Source: Rhynchobatus australiae (taxonomy: Eukaryota). From it: 63,598 nucleotides of DNA. Shown here piece by piece: positions 23,081 to 35,001 of the stretch. Both the position numbers and the translations under genes were made by a program. The stretch is taken from assembly GCA_034780895.1 (NCBI GenBank), contig JAUZTB010000127.1, forward strand, positions 17,026,790 to 17,090,387. Reading direction: 5' to 3'. Under the pieces are notes generated by a model. It was given only the letters and a program-made list of their open reading frames with translations, was not told the DNA's origin and did not search any database. How positions within the stretch are numbered: position 1 is the stretch's first letter; each line of letters starts with the position of its first letter.

Positions 23081-25059
23081 NNNNNNNNNNNNNNNNNNNN
23101 NNNNNNNNNNNNNNNNNNNNNNNNNNNNNNNNNNNNNNNNNNNNNNNNNNNNNNNNNNNNNNNNNNNNNNNNNNNNNNNCTAACCTATGACACTATTTTT
23201 AGTGCTTTCTGCTTCTCTTATGTATCTGCTTCTGTATGTTTTTTGAAAAGAAGGAAATCAAGGAATGAGGTTTGTGCGAGAAAGAGCAGCCACGAATGGC
23301 TGAATGGCCTACTCCAGCGATTATTTCTTATATTCCCAAATTCCTCCAGGTTCCTCTGTATGCATAAGCTTATTACACAAATGCCATGCAGTCCTCTTTT
23401 TCTTCCTGCATCTATTCTGTTTTCACCTTCCTGCCTGGGCTGTCATGCTTCTTTTAATAGATTGTGCTTTAATTTCAAACAGCAAGTCTCTTCATCAAAT
23501 GCCAATTAAGTTTGCCATCTAATCAATGGTAGTTGTCCTTAATTACCCCACTTGTTTCCACAGAGACAGAAAGGATGAAGGGTTCAGGTACACCATCTGC
23601 ATGGAAAGCACCTTCGTAAACATGTGTAAGAAATCAATAAATTGAATCCTGAGTTTTGGAAATGGTGCTGCAGAGTATAGAAGCAGAAAGATAATAGCAG
23701 CCAATCACATTGAGCAATTCGCATTGGTACCAACCAAGGAAGTAAAAGCAACATTTAAAACATTTTACAAAATGCCAAATAAACACTGGAGCATAGTCAG
23801 AAAATTAATGTACAAGTGGAGAAATCATGGCAAACATTAAAAAGCTAAAATATTTCCTTTATTGTTTTAAAATATTTTTCAAATATTTATCTAGGAATTA
23901 TTTTTCACAAATAATTAAAACTTTGGATTGAGAGCGCAAAGCAACAATTATAACTTTGCACATGATTAACAGCTCACATGCACTTCATGCAATAAAGTGT
24001 AATATTTTCGGAATGTATTACAACAAGAATACTTTGCAAATGTATTATATTTTTGATGATCATTGATTTCCCCTAGTTACACTAGAGAAAGTTGCAAAAC
24101 GGCACACACTGAGGAAGAGCAGAGACTCACAAACAGCCGNNNNNNNNNNAGGAATTAAATGCACATGATCTCATCCCAGAAACTGTTGGCACTGTCACTC
24201 TGTAATGACAATAGATTTTGATAGTTTCACCATCATCATGACCACAAAGTCTGGGCCAATGTAAAATTATTGTTAGGTAGGCCATCACCATGTCCAGTTT
24301 TAGGCATCTTGCAGTGCAGTTTTATAACTAGATTAATGGCTCATTTGCTCCCCTTTTTCTTTTCTTTGGCAGTCTCATGGAATCTAGGAAGATCTACTTT
24401 CAGTATGGTTGTGGGTACCAACATGGCTAATGAAGCCAACATGGAACAGTAGGTTTCTCCACTGAAATCTGTGGTGCAGGAGGGGGTTGATGGGGATGGT
24501 GGTGCACTCCTTCCACAATTACATAGGGCTTCCATCTATTCTTGCTGCATGGAAAAAAAAATCACTAAATTTACAGAAAGAGTCATTGAAGTGCCAGATT
24601 AGCTCATTCTTCAAACTCACCAGCTCTTGCTAGTCCTGCCTTACTCATAGAGGTGATGTTGATGTCAAAGCATCAAAGTTCTCAAGCCTTGATATCAGAG
24701 CAGCTTTCACGTCTGCTGTTGCTGGGATTATCTATCAGGGCTCTGACTTTCCAGGTACCGAACTTCACATTGTGCAGTGGAAGTTGTCTTGGGTGATTTA
24801 TTTTAATGTGGGATAGCCTTTGCACACAAGCTATCACTAAGGTCTTGATCCAGTGGCAAAGCGGACAGGAGACCAGATTCTGCTCTATGGCTATTAATGC
24901 ACACGAGTGAGCACATAAAGATCCCTACATAAACCACAAAGCATTTTTTACATGTTCCCAATGGAACGGAATGAAGAAGGATGGTGGCTGGATTAAAGCA
25001 AATTGATTGATTGCGGTTCATGTGAATTTTCACAAAGCATTTTGTAAGGTATAAAGAAT

Positions 25060-25340
25060 TTCCAATCATCTAACACCTTTCAAGTTTTCAGGACATCTGA
25101 AAAAAATTTTACAACCAAAGGCACACATTTTAGGCTTAGTCATTGTTGCACTGTATAGATTCTGCACAACCAATTTGTTCATAACAAGTTCCCATAATGA
25201 GATAAATGATCAAATAGTTTGTTTTTTTGACAGCATCTCCTGTAATATAGTTTTCTTTCAGCAAAGCACTCAGGTGTCAGATCAGATTATACGCTCTTTG
25301 GGAACAGCCTTGAACCAACAATCTTTCAATACAGAGATGT
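25060..25340 (-). mobile_element. Deu-domain SINE (SacSINE1-like), decayed
   Basis: Reverse strand has ggttcaaggc head, ctgacacctgagtgc and gggaacttgttatgaacaaattggttg Deu-like core. Confidence 0.55.
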
Positions 25341-26169
25341 GCGTGCTCCTGTTCATTCAAGGCAATGAAGGGGCTGCACAAAAGGTTCACTTTGATAGGC
25401 TTCAGATAATACTCTATGATTCGAATGAAGTATCCTAACTGGTGTTAAAAGTTGTGATAAGTTTTGATAAGAAAAATAGGGAAAACATGTTTCTGTTCCT
25501 TGACTTTGTTTCCAAGCATTAGAATCATACAGGACAGGAAGAAGTGGCCATTTGGCTCAATATGCCTGTGCCAGTTCTTTGAAGGGCTATCCAATTGGCC
25601 CTTTCTTCCTCATTAGCTCGGCAACTGTTTTTTCTGTTGCTAATGTCTGTCCAATTCCCTTTTAAAAATTACTATTGAATCTGCTTTCACCATCCTTTCA
25701 TGACTAATGGTGTGTAAACAATAATTCCTTTCATCTTTCCTCAACTATTTTGTGTCAATTACACTATATCAGTGTCATTTGGTTACTGATCTTCTTGCTA
25801 CTCTTCATTTACTCAGCCGGAACACTTCAAAAGAAGAGATTTTGTTTTGACAGATTGGTTAAGATATAAAATGCCCCCAGCAGAAATAGCAGTGAAAGGA
25901 AACTCCATGATTGCTTTTAAGATAGTAGTGGTTAACTGATTTAAAATAAAGACTGGCATTAATATTGCACCTCTCATTTTAGGCCATCCAAAACACTTTA
26001 GGGCCAATGGAATACTTTTCAAAAAGTAGTCACAGAAACATACTAGCAATGATCATAGCTGTTCTATGACTAAAGTCTGTTTATTTGTCTTGACCCATAT
26101 CTTTTAAACCAATAGTGAACAAAAGTCTATGTATGAAAATTAAAAGCTTGCTTTAAACTAACTTGCTTT

Positions 26170-26280
26170 TGCCTTTTCTCAGTCTTGATGAAGGGACTTT
26201 GACCTGAAATGTTAGCCATTTCTCTTATCACAGACTGACCTGCAAAGCTTGTCCAGCATGTTCTGCTTTTATTTCAAAAT
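26170..26280 (+). mobile_element. Penelope-like terminal fragment with decayed hammerhead motif
   Basis: cagtc-TTGATGA-aggg...cct-GAAA-tgtt then tail ...ttgtccagcatgttctgcttttatttc. Confidence 0.6.
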
Positions 26281-27039
26281 TATATCCATATTAGATTTAA
26301 AATTAACAATTCTGTATGATACATCAATAAAATAATCAATTACCATTTGTGAAAAAGAGTTCCAAATTTCTATTGATGAAAGATTATTGACTCGAAATTT
26401 TACTTCTGTTTCTCTCACCAAACGCTGCCTGACCAGCATAGGGTTTCCAATAATTTCTATTGTTATTGNNNNNNNNNNNNNNNNNNNNNNNNNNNNNNNN
26501 NNNNNNNNNNNNNNNNNNNNNNNNNNNNNNNNNNNNNNNNNNNNNNNNNNNNNNNNNNNNNNNNNNNNTATTGCAATTTTCAGCATCTGTAGTTTTTTCC
26601 TTTCAATTTCTGGATTCTTTCTGAGATGTTTTAAGCAAAGCCAGTGAAAAATAGCCAAGTTCCCAAAATCTAGTTTGCTGAAACTACATTGTGGGTGGCA
26701 TCTTTTGACATGAATCTGTTTCCCAAATTGCTCAACACCTAGCACAGAAAAGACCTACAAATATTATTGTTGCAGACCATTTACTATATGCATGTGTTTC
26801 AAAACTACGTTTACGGAAATTAGTTTTTCTTCCAAGATCTTCTTTCTTCACCACAGGTCCCAAGAGTTATTACACATAAAAAAATTCAACAAGCATGTTG
26901 AAAATTCAACATATATGGCACTGCCCGATTTCAGGTTTGCTTTTTATAACGTAGCAATATTCTTCACTTGCCATAGGTGGCAGTGGACTAATTGACACTG
27001 CTCTGTAAATTTAAACATTTTTCAAGCAGCTTACACAAT

Positions 27040-28680
27040 AACGTATGCCTGCTCCAACATCTAATCAGATCATGGTGATCTTTTACATCTGCACCACTTT
27101 CCTGCACTAACCTTATATCCTTTAATTCTCAATGTCTAAAAATCTATGCATCTCTCTCTCGAACACATTCAACAACTAAATCTTCACACCCCTTTTGAGT
27201 AGAGAATTCGAAAGATTCATAGAAGAGTACAGCACAGGAACAGGCCCTTCAGCCCACGATGTCTATGACAACCATGATGCCAATCCAAACAAATCCCATC
27301 TGCCTGCACATGGTCTGTATTCCCTCCATTCCCTACCTGTTCATGTGCCTGAATAAATGCACCTTAAATGTTGCTATCATATCTAAATACCTCTTAAATG
27401 TTGCTATTCACTACCCTATGTTAAGAAATATCCTCGTATTGCAGCCCTGACTGGCTCACTCCTTATTATGTGACTGTGACCTCCATTTCTGTATACTCCT
27501 GCTGGGGGGGTGGAGGTGGATGGAACTTTATTCCTGTTGGGAGGGGGGACATTATCCCTGCAGTTACTCTGTCAATGTTTCATTGATATCATCTCTCATT
27601 CATGAAAATTTCAGAGAGCACAGGTCCAGTCTGCTTAATGTCTCATCAGAGCTCAACCCCCTTTCACCATCCAAGGGATCAATCTGGTGGGCCTTTTTTG
27701 GACTGTTGTCTTTGCAAAATATCATAACCTGGATAGGGAGGACTGACCTGTACACAATATTCCAGACATAGTCCCACCAGTGTCATTTACATTGCAGTAT
27801 GATACCTTTACTTTTGCAATGAGGGCCAGCTCACTATTTGCCTTCCTAATTACTTGCTGTATCTGCACATTAATGTTTCATGTTTCATGCACAGGCACCT
27901 CTGAACACCAATATCATGCAAATTTTGCTTTTCTAGCAATTCATATTTACCACATTATATTCCATCTATCATGTTTGTAACCATTCAATATCCTTCTGAA
28001 GCCTCTCTGTATTCTCTTCACATACTGCCACCCAGCTTAGTATCATCAATAAACTTGGTTATATTACACTTGATTCCCTCATCCAAATCATTAATACAAG
28101 TTGTGAACTGGAACCGCAGCATTGACCCCTATTAACAGTCCACTAATAACACCCTCCCAACTCAAAAATGACCTATTTATTCCTAATGCCTATTATATAT
28201 CACTTAACCAATCTTCAAACCATGCCAGTATATTTAACCCCAATACCACATGTTCTTATATAGTACCTCTTTTCCTAAGCAGGGGGGTACATCTGTTACC
28301 TTTCAATTTGTGGGATTCATTCTAGAATCTATGGGAATTTGTCAGATTCCAGCCAGTGCATCCTGGCAACCCCTTTCTTGCCATATCCATGGCAACCTCT
28401 TTTAAAACCTTGGAATGCAGGTCATCATTTCCAGGAGATTTTTCAGGTTTCAGTTCTATTAATTTCTCTAATGCTATTTTCAGACTAAAGCTTCCCCACC
28501 CCCCCCCCAGCTTTTCCTTTACTCTAGATGGTTATTCTTCACTCTTTCAGAAAGATTTTCTGTGNNNNNNNNNNNNNNNNNNNNNACAAAATATTTGTTT
28601 AATTTCTCTGCATTTCCTTATTCCCCAAAATAATTTCTCCTGTCTCAGTCTCTAAATGACGAACATAAGTTAATCTTTCA
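27040..28680 (-). mobile_element. Cluster of decayed CR1 LINE fragments (RT to 3' tail), with a nested CR1 tail at ~27220-27420
   Basis: Reverse-strand RT remnants (cagcttagtatcatcaataaactt = KFIDDTKL), leycvqv-like region, and tail agtacagcacaggaacaggcccttcagccc. Confidence 0.7.
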
Positions 28681-29018
28681 TTACAAATTTTTATAGAAGC
28701 TTTTATAATTTGATTTTATGTTTCTATTTTTATAATAGGGCTTATGCTATCTTATCAAAGCACAGATTCTTTGGGTGTTAGACTGATGAATATCATTATC
28801 TGAGTTTTCTCTGATCAAACAGCTACGTCTTTCCAATATTTAGTATTTTTATTTCCCATTTCCCCTCACTCTTGCCATCTTTCTCCCACCTCACTCAAAA
28901 GGTGCAGACTCACATTGAGTGCACCAGATTCCATGGCCTACCTGGGAATTGACCGGTTCTCAAGTAATTTACAGGTATGACCGAGGTTCTGGGTGAACCT
29001 TGGGTGCAGGGTCCCTGT

Positions 29019-29483
29019 TGCCTTCCCTTCGTCTCTCTGGCGGGAAAGTCCAGGAGGCAGCGGTCGGCCAGCGAGGAGTGCACGACTGGCAGTGGCACCA
29101 AAGCCACTTAAACCGATTTTAAAACAAATTACTTTTTGTTTTGAGTTGGAAGCGCCTATGTTGAGCCTTAATTTATACACCTGTCACTTATTCAGAGATT
29201 TTCCTCTGAAAGCTGACTGTCAAATTGTTGAATGGACGGACTGGTGTCAATGCTTCCTCAATCGATTTGTCGTCCAGTTGGATTTTATTTTAAATAAGGA
29301 AAGTCAGCTGGTAGTTGTCAGAATGTGCAAGCTGCAGCCCACGTTGGTTACTGGATGTTATTTTAAGGGTAAGCCATTTGATTTGAATGGTAGTACCTTT
29401 CATTATTGATAAGAAACCAGACAACGCCGGCCAGTCACCATTCCTTGAGGCCCATGGACGCTGGAGAGCAGGAAGGGAAGGCA
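29019..29483. repeat. Degenerate ~465-bp palindrome (foldback/MITE-like)
   Basis: Four nested inverted matches share a centre at ~29251-29260 (details in findings). Confidence 0.6.
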
Positions 29484-30499
29484 GCTCCTTTGAATACAAA
29501 AGCCTGTTAAATATAGAAAAATCCTATTAAGGAGTGTTTGTTTAATAGTTCCAGTAATTATGCACAAAAATAGTTAAAAATTTAAATATACTGACTCCAT
29601 TTCAACTTTTTTTCCAGCGGTAAAATGTAAAATTCATAGTCCCCAAGGGAATGGAAAGGGCGGAGATGAGAACAACAGGTGTTCAGTGCTGGTGGCCAAA
29701 GCTGAATTTCTCCACAGTTATCCCTCAGCTAGGAATTTTCCAAAACATGCAAAGATTGACAACTCTTGTGGGGAAAGAACTTTCCGTGTTTGTCAGTGTT
29801 ATCAGATTCTGTTTGCACGGTGCTGTTCACAAAGGTCATACCCGGGAATTTAAAGATTTGTCTGAGTCATTAGAGCATTGTACAAATTTAAGTGATTGTG
29901 GCTGGAGCCTGCAGCCTGAAAGGTTTCAGAACAAACTTAATGCAAAAGTTTCTAAATATGCCTGGGAGCCAGTCGATGTTCTTTCAACTTGTTCAATGCT
30001 GGGTCATTTTATATTCCTATGTATATTTGCAATAATGGACCTCAAAGCATAGACACAACATAATTGAAGATAAGAAAGGCCACTTAGCACATTATAGTTT
30101 ATCCTTTATTCCCACCTCATCCATAGTTTATTCACAGAAGCTTCCTCCCTCTGGTATGTGGTGTTATGACACTAACTGCAAAGGTAACTGGATTCAAGGT
30201 GGTGGTCACCATCACCTCTAAGAACATTACATGGGTTCATCATTATAATTTTGTTGTATCATGCTTGTGGTTTCAGTAAAAGGAAGACTCACAATAATAG
30301 AGACGTTTCCCTGCCTGTCCTCTTTAGCTGAAGGATGTGTATGATACAAGACACCAGAGAAACAAAATGCATGACCCTCACATGAACTTTGAATTTTCAA
30401 ATTTCAGGTATCCACTTCCCTTGTGTTTCTTTAATATTCCTACAATTCACCTAGGGTCTCTCTCTCTCTCTGCTAACCTTTTCCACCTCTCCTTCTCGT

Positions 30500-30880
30500 A
30501 ATTCATCACACTCTCCCACCTGACTCCATGTGCCTGCCTCCCAAATACCCACCCACCTGGGTTTCTTCTCCCTTTGTTCACCTTTCCTATCTCCCACCCC
30601 ACCTGGTTTCATCTGCCCATCGTCCCTCCCTTATCTGGTTCCAACCAAAACCTACCAGCCTCTTTCTCAACCCGTTCCCCTCTCCTTTCTCACCTGCCTG
30701 TTATTTTTCTTTAGTTTTCACCTATCAGCTACCAGCCTCTGTCTCACCCTTCCCTCTCACTTCCACATACTCCTCTACATTCTCAGGCCTGATGCAGTCT
30801 TGACTCCAAATGTCAACCATCTCTTTGCCTCCACAGATTTTTCCTGGACCAATGAGTTCCTCCAACAATTTGTTTTTTTT
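30500..30880 (+). mobile_element. Penelope-like 3' region (pyrimidine-rich) with terminal motif
   Basis: C/T-rich tract followed by cCTGATGc...ccaaatgtcaacc...gcctccacagat...gagttcctccaacaatttg. Confidence 0.6.
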
Positions 30881-31399
30881 TGCTTGTTTATAATGTTAAT
30901 CATAAATAACTAGTCGTTCCAGGTCTGAAACACAATGTAACCTATTCATTCTGAAATACCTCCACAAAAACAAAAAAAAAATGTTCTTTTGTTTCTTGCC
31001 TTCACTTAGTAATTTTAAATCCCTAAACCGTTCTGGACCAGCACCAGTTTAGTTCTCTATATGTGGGGAAAAAAAACTGTAACAGAAAATGCAACAATTA
31101 GGGCATAAGATCTATTTTTAATACTTTATAATATAAAGATGTTTGTTTTTATTATATAAATCTATAAAACTTGTGATAATTGTGCAAAACGTACTTTTTT
31201 GCAAAATGAAAAGAAACGGGAGGGGTTATTATTTACAATCAGGAATAGTAAATACAATTATAAATCCGTTTGAACAATTTAAAATCCCTATAAAGTGTCT
31301 ATTAGTAAGTAACCAGAAGCACATGCAGCGTTGAGTTTGGTAATACACAATTCGATGAAGAGTCATCCCTTGCAGAAACCTCACTCTAAAGCAAAACAA

Positions 31400-32000
31400 G
31401 CGAAATGCGGGCTGCGCCCTCGCCTGCCCTCCGTAGGACCAACGGGGAACATAATCTTTATCGAGTCAGTTTCGCATCGGGATTAGTGGAGAATAGGCGA
31501 ATATGGCTGCAGGACGGGAGATGTCCGTTTTCCTTAAAGCCCAGCGCAGAGGCTACGAGGGATTTAGCGAAGGTACGGTGCAAGGGAATCCCAAGGCCGC
31601 ATTCTGCAACCCCGTGACTCCTCTCCCCAGGCTTTCCCGGCCGCGCCAGGTATTTCTGGGGTCGTCTATCTACAATCCCGTGACGTCTTACCCGGGTCGG
31701 GCATTCCCGGGGCCGCGCTCTAGAACGGCGTGACGCCCCTTCCGGGGCTTTCTCCGTCGCATGAGACGTTTCTGGGCCGCGCTGTAGAAGGCCTCCCCTG
31801 GGATGTGGCCTCTTCCCTCCGTGCTTGCACCACATGATTGGGGTGAGGGGAGTAAAGGTCACCTGAAACTCTGGGGTGGTCTCCAGTTGAAAAGATGCAA
31901 GTGTTAACGGGGCAGAGAGTGTGTGTTCATGTTTTTTTAATGGTGGGGGTAGGCGGCTGGCCGGCCTTCGTTATACACGGGTGTCTTCGCGTTGTATTGC
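31400..32000 (+). promoter_or_regulatory. CpG-rich island / promoter of CPPED1, spanning exon 1 and the start of intron 1
   Basis: Sharp local rise in GC and CpG against a CpG-depleted background. Contains CRE-like TGACGTC (31681), ETS-like CTTCCGG (31739-31745) and CTACAATCCC (31670-31679). Confidence 0.8.
31503..31572 (+). CDS. CPPED1: CPPED1 coding exon 1 (70 nt)
   Basis: ATG 31503, MAAGREMSVFLKAQRRGYEGFSE(G), similar to the human N-terminus MSAAEAGGVFHRARGRTLAAFPAE. Donor AAG|GTACGG at 31572/31573; phase 1 fits exon 2; lies in the CpG island. Confidence 0.88.
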
Positions 32001-32182
32001 AGAAACCTGCTGCAAGTTTACTTTCCCCGAGCTATCTCCAGATAGTCTAATGACAATTCTGTGTAGCCTTCCAGTTACGTAGCGCGCAAAGTGCAATTGT
32101 CGTCCTTGTACTCCACCTGAGAAGATATGCAGCACTTCATTGGAATTAATAATGGGATAAGTGAGGCTTTTGTTTTCAATTG

Positions 32183-32281
32183 CCAGCTAATTGAGGGGTT
32201 AGGTTTGCCTCCAGTCCAGCTAATTGAGGGGTTAGGTTTGCCTCCAGTCCAGTTAATTGAGGGGTTAGGTTTGCCTCCAGT
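32183..32281. repeat. Minisatellite, 3 x 33 bp
   Basis: ccagctaattgaggggttaggtttgcctccagt at 32183, 32216 and 32249 (one C>T in copy 3). Confidence 0.97.
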
Positions 32282-32539
32282 GTTTGGAGGTAAGATTGGA
32301 GGAATTCTTGGAGAGGTAATGAGATGACACTTGGGGGTATATGCTCGATGCTCTGGGGCTGATTGTATGTGATGTGCATTGCAGTGGTTAAGCTTGACAT
32401 TTTGATTACTAGGTAACTGTATGAGCATACAATGAGGGGGGCAAACTAATGATGGAAGGAACTGTGATCCCATCTTTGGCAATGTGACTGCCTGAAGTTG
32501 CACAAATAACTATTATTAAAAGGCCAGGGAGGAACTTGT

Positions 32540-32830
32540 AGAGTCAAACAGCTCAGAAGCAGGCTCTTTGGCCCACCATCTCCATGCTGACTGCTGTACT
32601 TATCTCTACTAATACCATTAACCAAACTAGGTCTTGGCCTTCTATGACCTAGTTATTCAAGTACCTGCCCAGATGTCTCTTAAATGTTGTGCTTGTATCT
32701 GCCTCTTCCACTTCCCCAGATAGTCCAGGTTCCAGATATCAATCACTCTCTGTGTGGGGGGGGGGGGAAATGTTTCCCCCTGATCCCATCTAAACCACCT
32801 CCCTCTCACCTTTAAACCTATGCCCTCTTG
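32540..32830 (-). mobile_element. CR1 LINE 3' tail fragment
   Basis: Minus-strand GIGLKVRGRWF...QRVIDIWN and tail agcaggctctttggcccacc. Confidence 0.7.
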
Positions 32831-35001
32831 CTTTGGGAAATGAGGGCATTTTTTCAATGCAAGCGGTCATTATGGAAAACACTCCATGAGAGGGCAGGAG
32901 ATGCAATTGTAATGTTCTATGCCCGAGCTAGAAAAAAATGTAGGACAATTGGAAAAAGACAATTGTATAGCTCTTTCAAAGAGCTGGCTCTAAGCATCTT
33001 CTTTGATCACCTAGACCGCTAGCTGTGGGAGTTGCTAAATGGGAGGGTTTTCGATCAGTGCTGGACAACAACAGAAATTGCAAGAAGCAGCATTACAGGA
33101 AAGAACTTACTATATATGATTTTCAGTGTACACTTTCTTCAACCTACTCCAGAACATATTTAGAGGGAACCTTCATAAAATAAAAGTAGAAGAGACTAAG
33201 AACATTATGTTTGAAAACAAGAGATCCCTAGTAGGTAGAAATTGAGTTGCTAACTCTGGCTGGCATTCTTGAAGGTTTGATTGCTATTTTGTGTCATGTG
33301 ACACGATGTTATGACTTGGGATTGAGAGTGAATAGAGTGAGAAACTAAGTCCTTGCAGTTTGGGAGAGGGAAAACAGCAAATAATCAAGTAACAGCTGGG
33401 TCAGGAAATAGCTAGGGTTGCAGAATGTCACTGGTATTGAGCATTAACAACACCTTTTCTTCTCAAATGGAGATGGGCCTGTTCTGCTGGGCAGAGAGCG
33501 CCTTTTATTGAAAGGGGAATGTGTGCAATGTAACTGGGTTCACAGTGGGAAATGAATGGTCGTGTACCTGATGGAAGAATATTTAAGGAGTGATAGTATG
33601 TAATGGCTTGAGAATCTGGAAATTTAGTGATTTACTTTAGCAAGCTTGAGAAAAGGGGTTATTTTGTTTTAAACATTTGAAATAGTGATATTCATTCCTA
33701 TTGTTTATTTTGAATAGAAATTCCATGTATTCAACATTCTGATCATTCATTGCAAGAAGGTTTTTGTGCTCTCAATCTGAAAATTGCTTTCTAATTCTTT
33801 GAAATTTATGTTTTTATTTTGCTCTCAGTACATTAATTTACATTATAATTTTAGATTTTATTTCTATCATTAACAATCTGTTTTATCCTCCCTCAAAAAA
33901 AATCCTTTCCACGCTGAAAGCCCGAGTTATTGAAAGTCTTTCTTGATTCTTGGTGACAGGTACTGGCTGGAATATTTAAGATGTGGTCTACAGGGGACTC
34001 TACAGTTTGATTATTATATCCTTTGATTTGTATTCACCACTGCGACTCAGTAGTTCAGCATCCTATTAACTTTAGCAAACCACAAAATGCTGGAGGTGGT
34101 CAGCAGCTTAGGTAGCATTTGTTATGGGAACAAGAGTTGGTCATTTGTTGATGTCGAAGCTTTAACTGGAAATAAGAAGGTTACAGGAGAATGGGATTTT
34201 TTTTTAAAGAAAAAGGAACAGACCCAAGGAGAAAAGGGGAAGAGATAAGAAAAGCACGTAACAGTCTTGCACAGCTTAAGTGACAAACAGAAGAGGGTTT
34301 AAATGGCAGAGGTGATGCGTGCTCTTCCTTTTCCATAAAGGAGGGGTAATGAGAGAAATGAAAGAAATAAAATATCATAATAGTTAAAAGTGCACAGGAC
34401 TTAGAATAAGAAACCTAAATGCCTGGACTTCACATTAATAACAACAGCAACACTATGGAATTTCTGTGCATGTGCAGTTTAATATGGTAATCACAAAGCT
34501 TCTGTCAGTGATTCATTGCACCAGCACAAGGTGTTCTGTGTGTAGTCTTTACATTGGGGAGAACCTACGGTATTTACAAACAACTGTAAAATACTGAAAA
34601 ATGTTAACCCCTGTTGCATGCCTTTTGATAGTGTAGTAAGTCAAAATTACTGCTTAGCAAGCTCTCTGACCCAAATATCTAACCTTGTGCATGTGGATTG
34701 TTATTTCCATAGATAACTATTCAAAATAAGTAGAACAGATTTTAAAACTTCAGTCTATAATATTTTAGTTCCTGTTTTGCTTCCATTCCAGTTTTCATTT
34801 GGTGCCCTTAAAATGTTTGCACATTATCATTTATGTTTTGCTGATCTGTAAGAATGCTGTTATGTGTTTGCCATTGCTGGCTGTGCAACCAATAAAGCTG
34901 GGTGCCCAGATATCTGTTGAAACAATACCTGATGTTAATCAGTGTCAGCAAAGAGGAGGCCATTGCCATAGGTCAGTATATCTTTTATGGGAAGCTCTCT
35001 T

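Noticed and set aside
28993-30052. 138-aa (28993-29409) and 133-aa (29651-30052) ORFs as genes
   Set aside because: No homology recognised and no exon structure; the first overlaps the palindromic repeat.
31458-31862. 134-aa minus ORF as a divergent/antisense protein gene
   Set aside because: Arg/Pro/Gly-rich read-through typical of GC-rich CpG islands, antisense to CPPED1 exon 1.
32183-32281. 33-bp repeat as a CRISPR array or repeat-protein exon
   Set aside because: Copies are directly adjacent with no spacers, the context is eukaryotic and there are no cas genes; the overlapping ORFs are by-products of a 33-bp unit.
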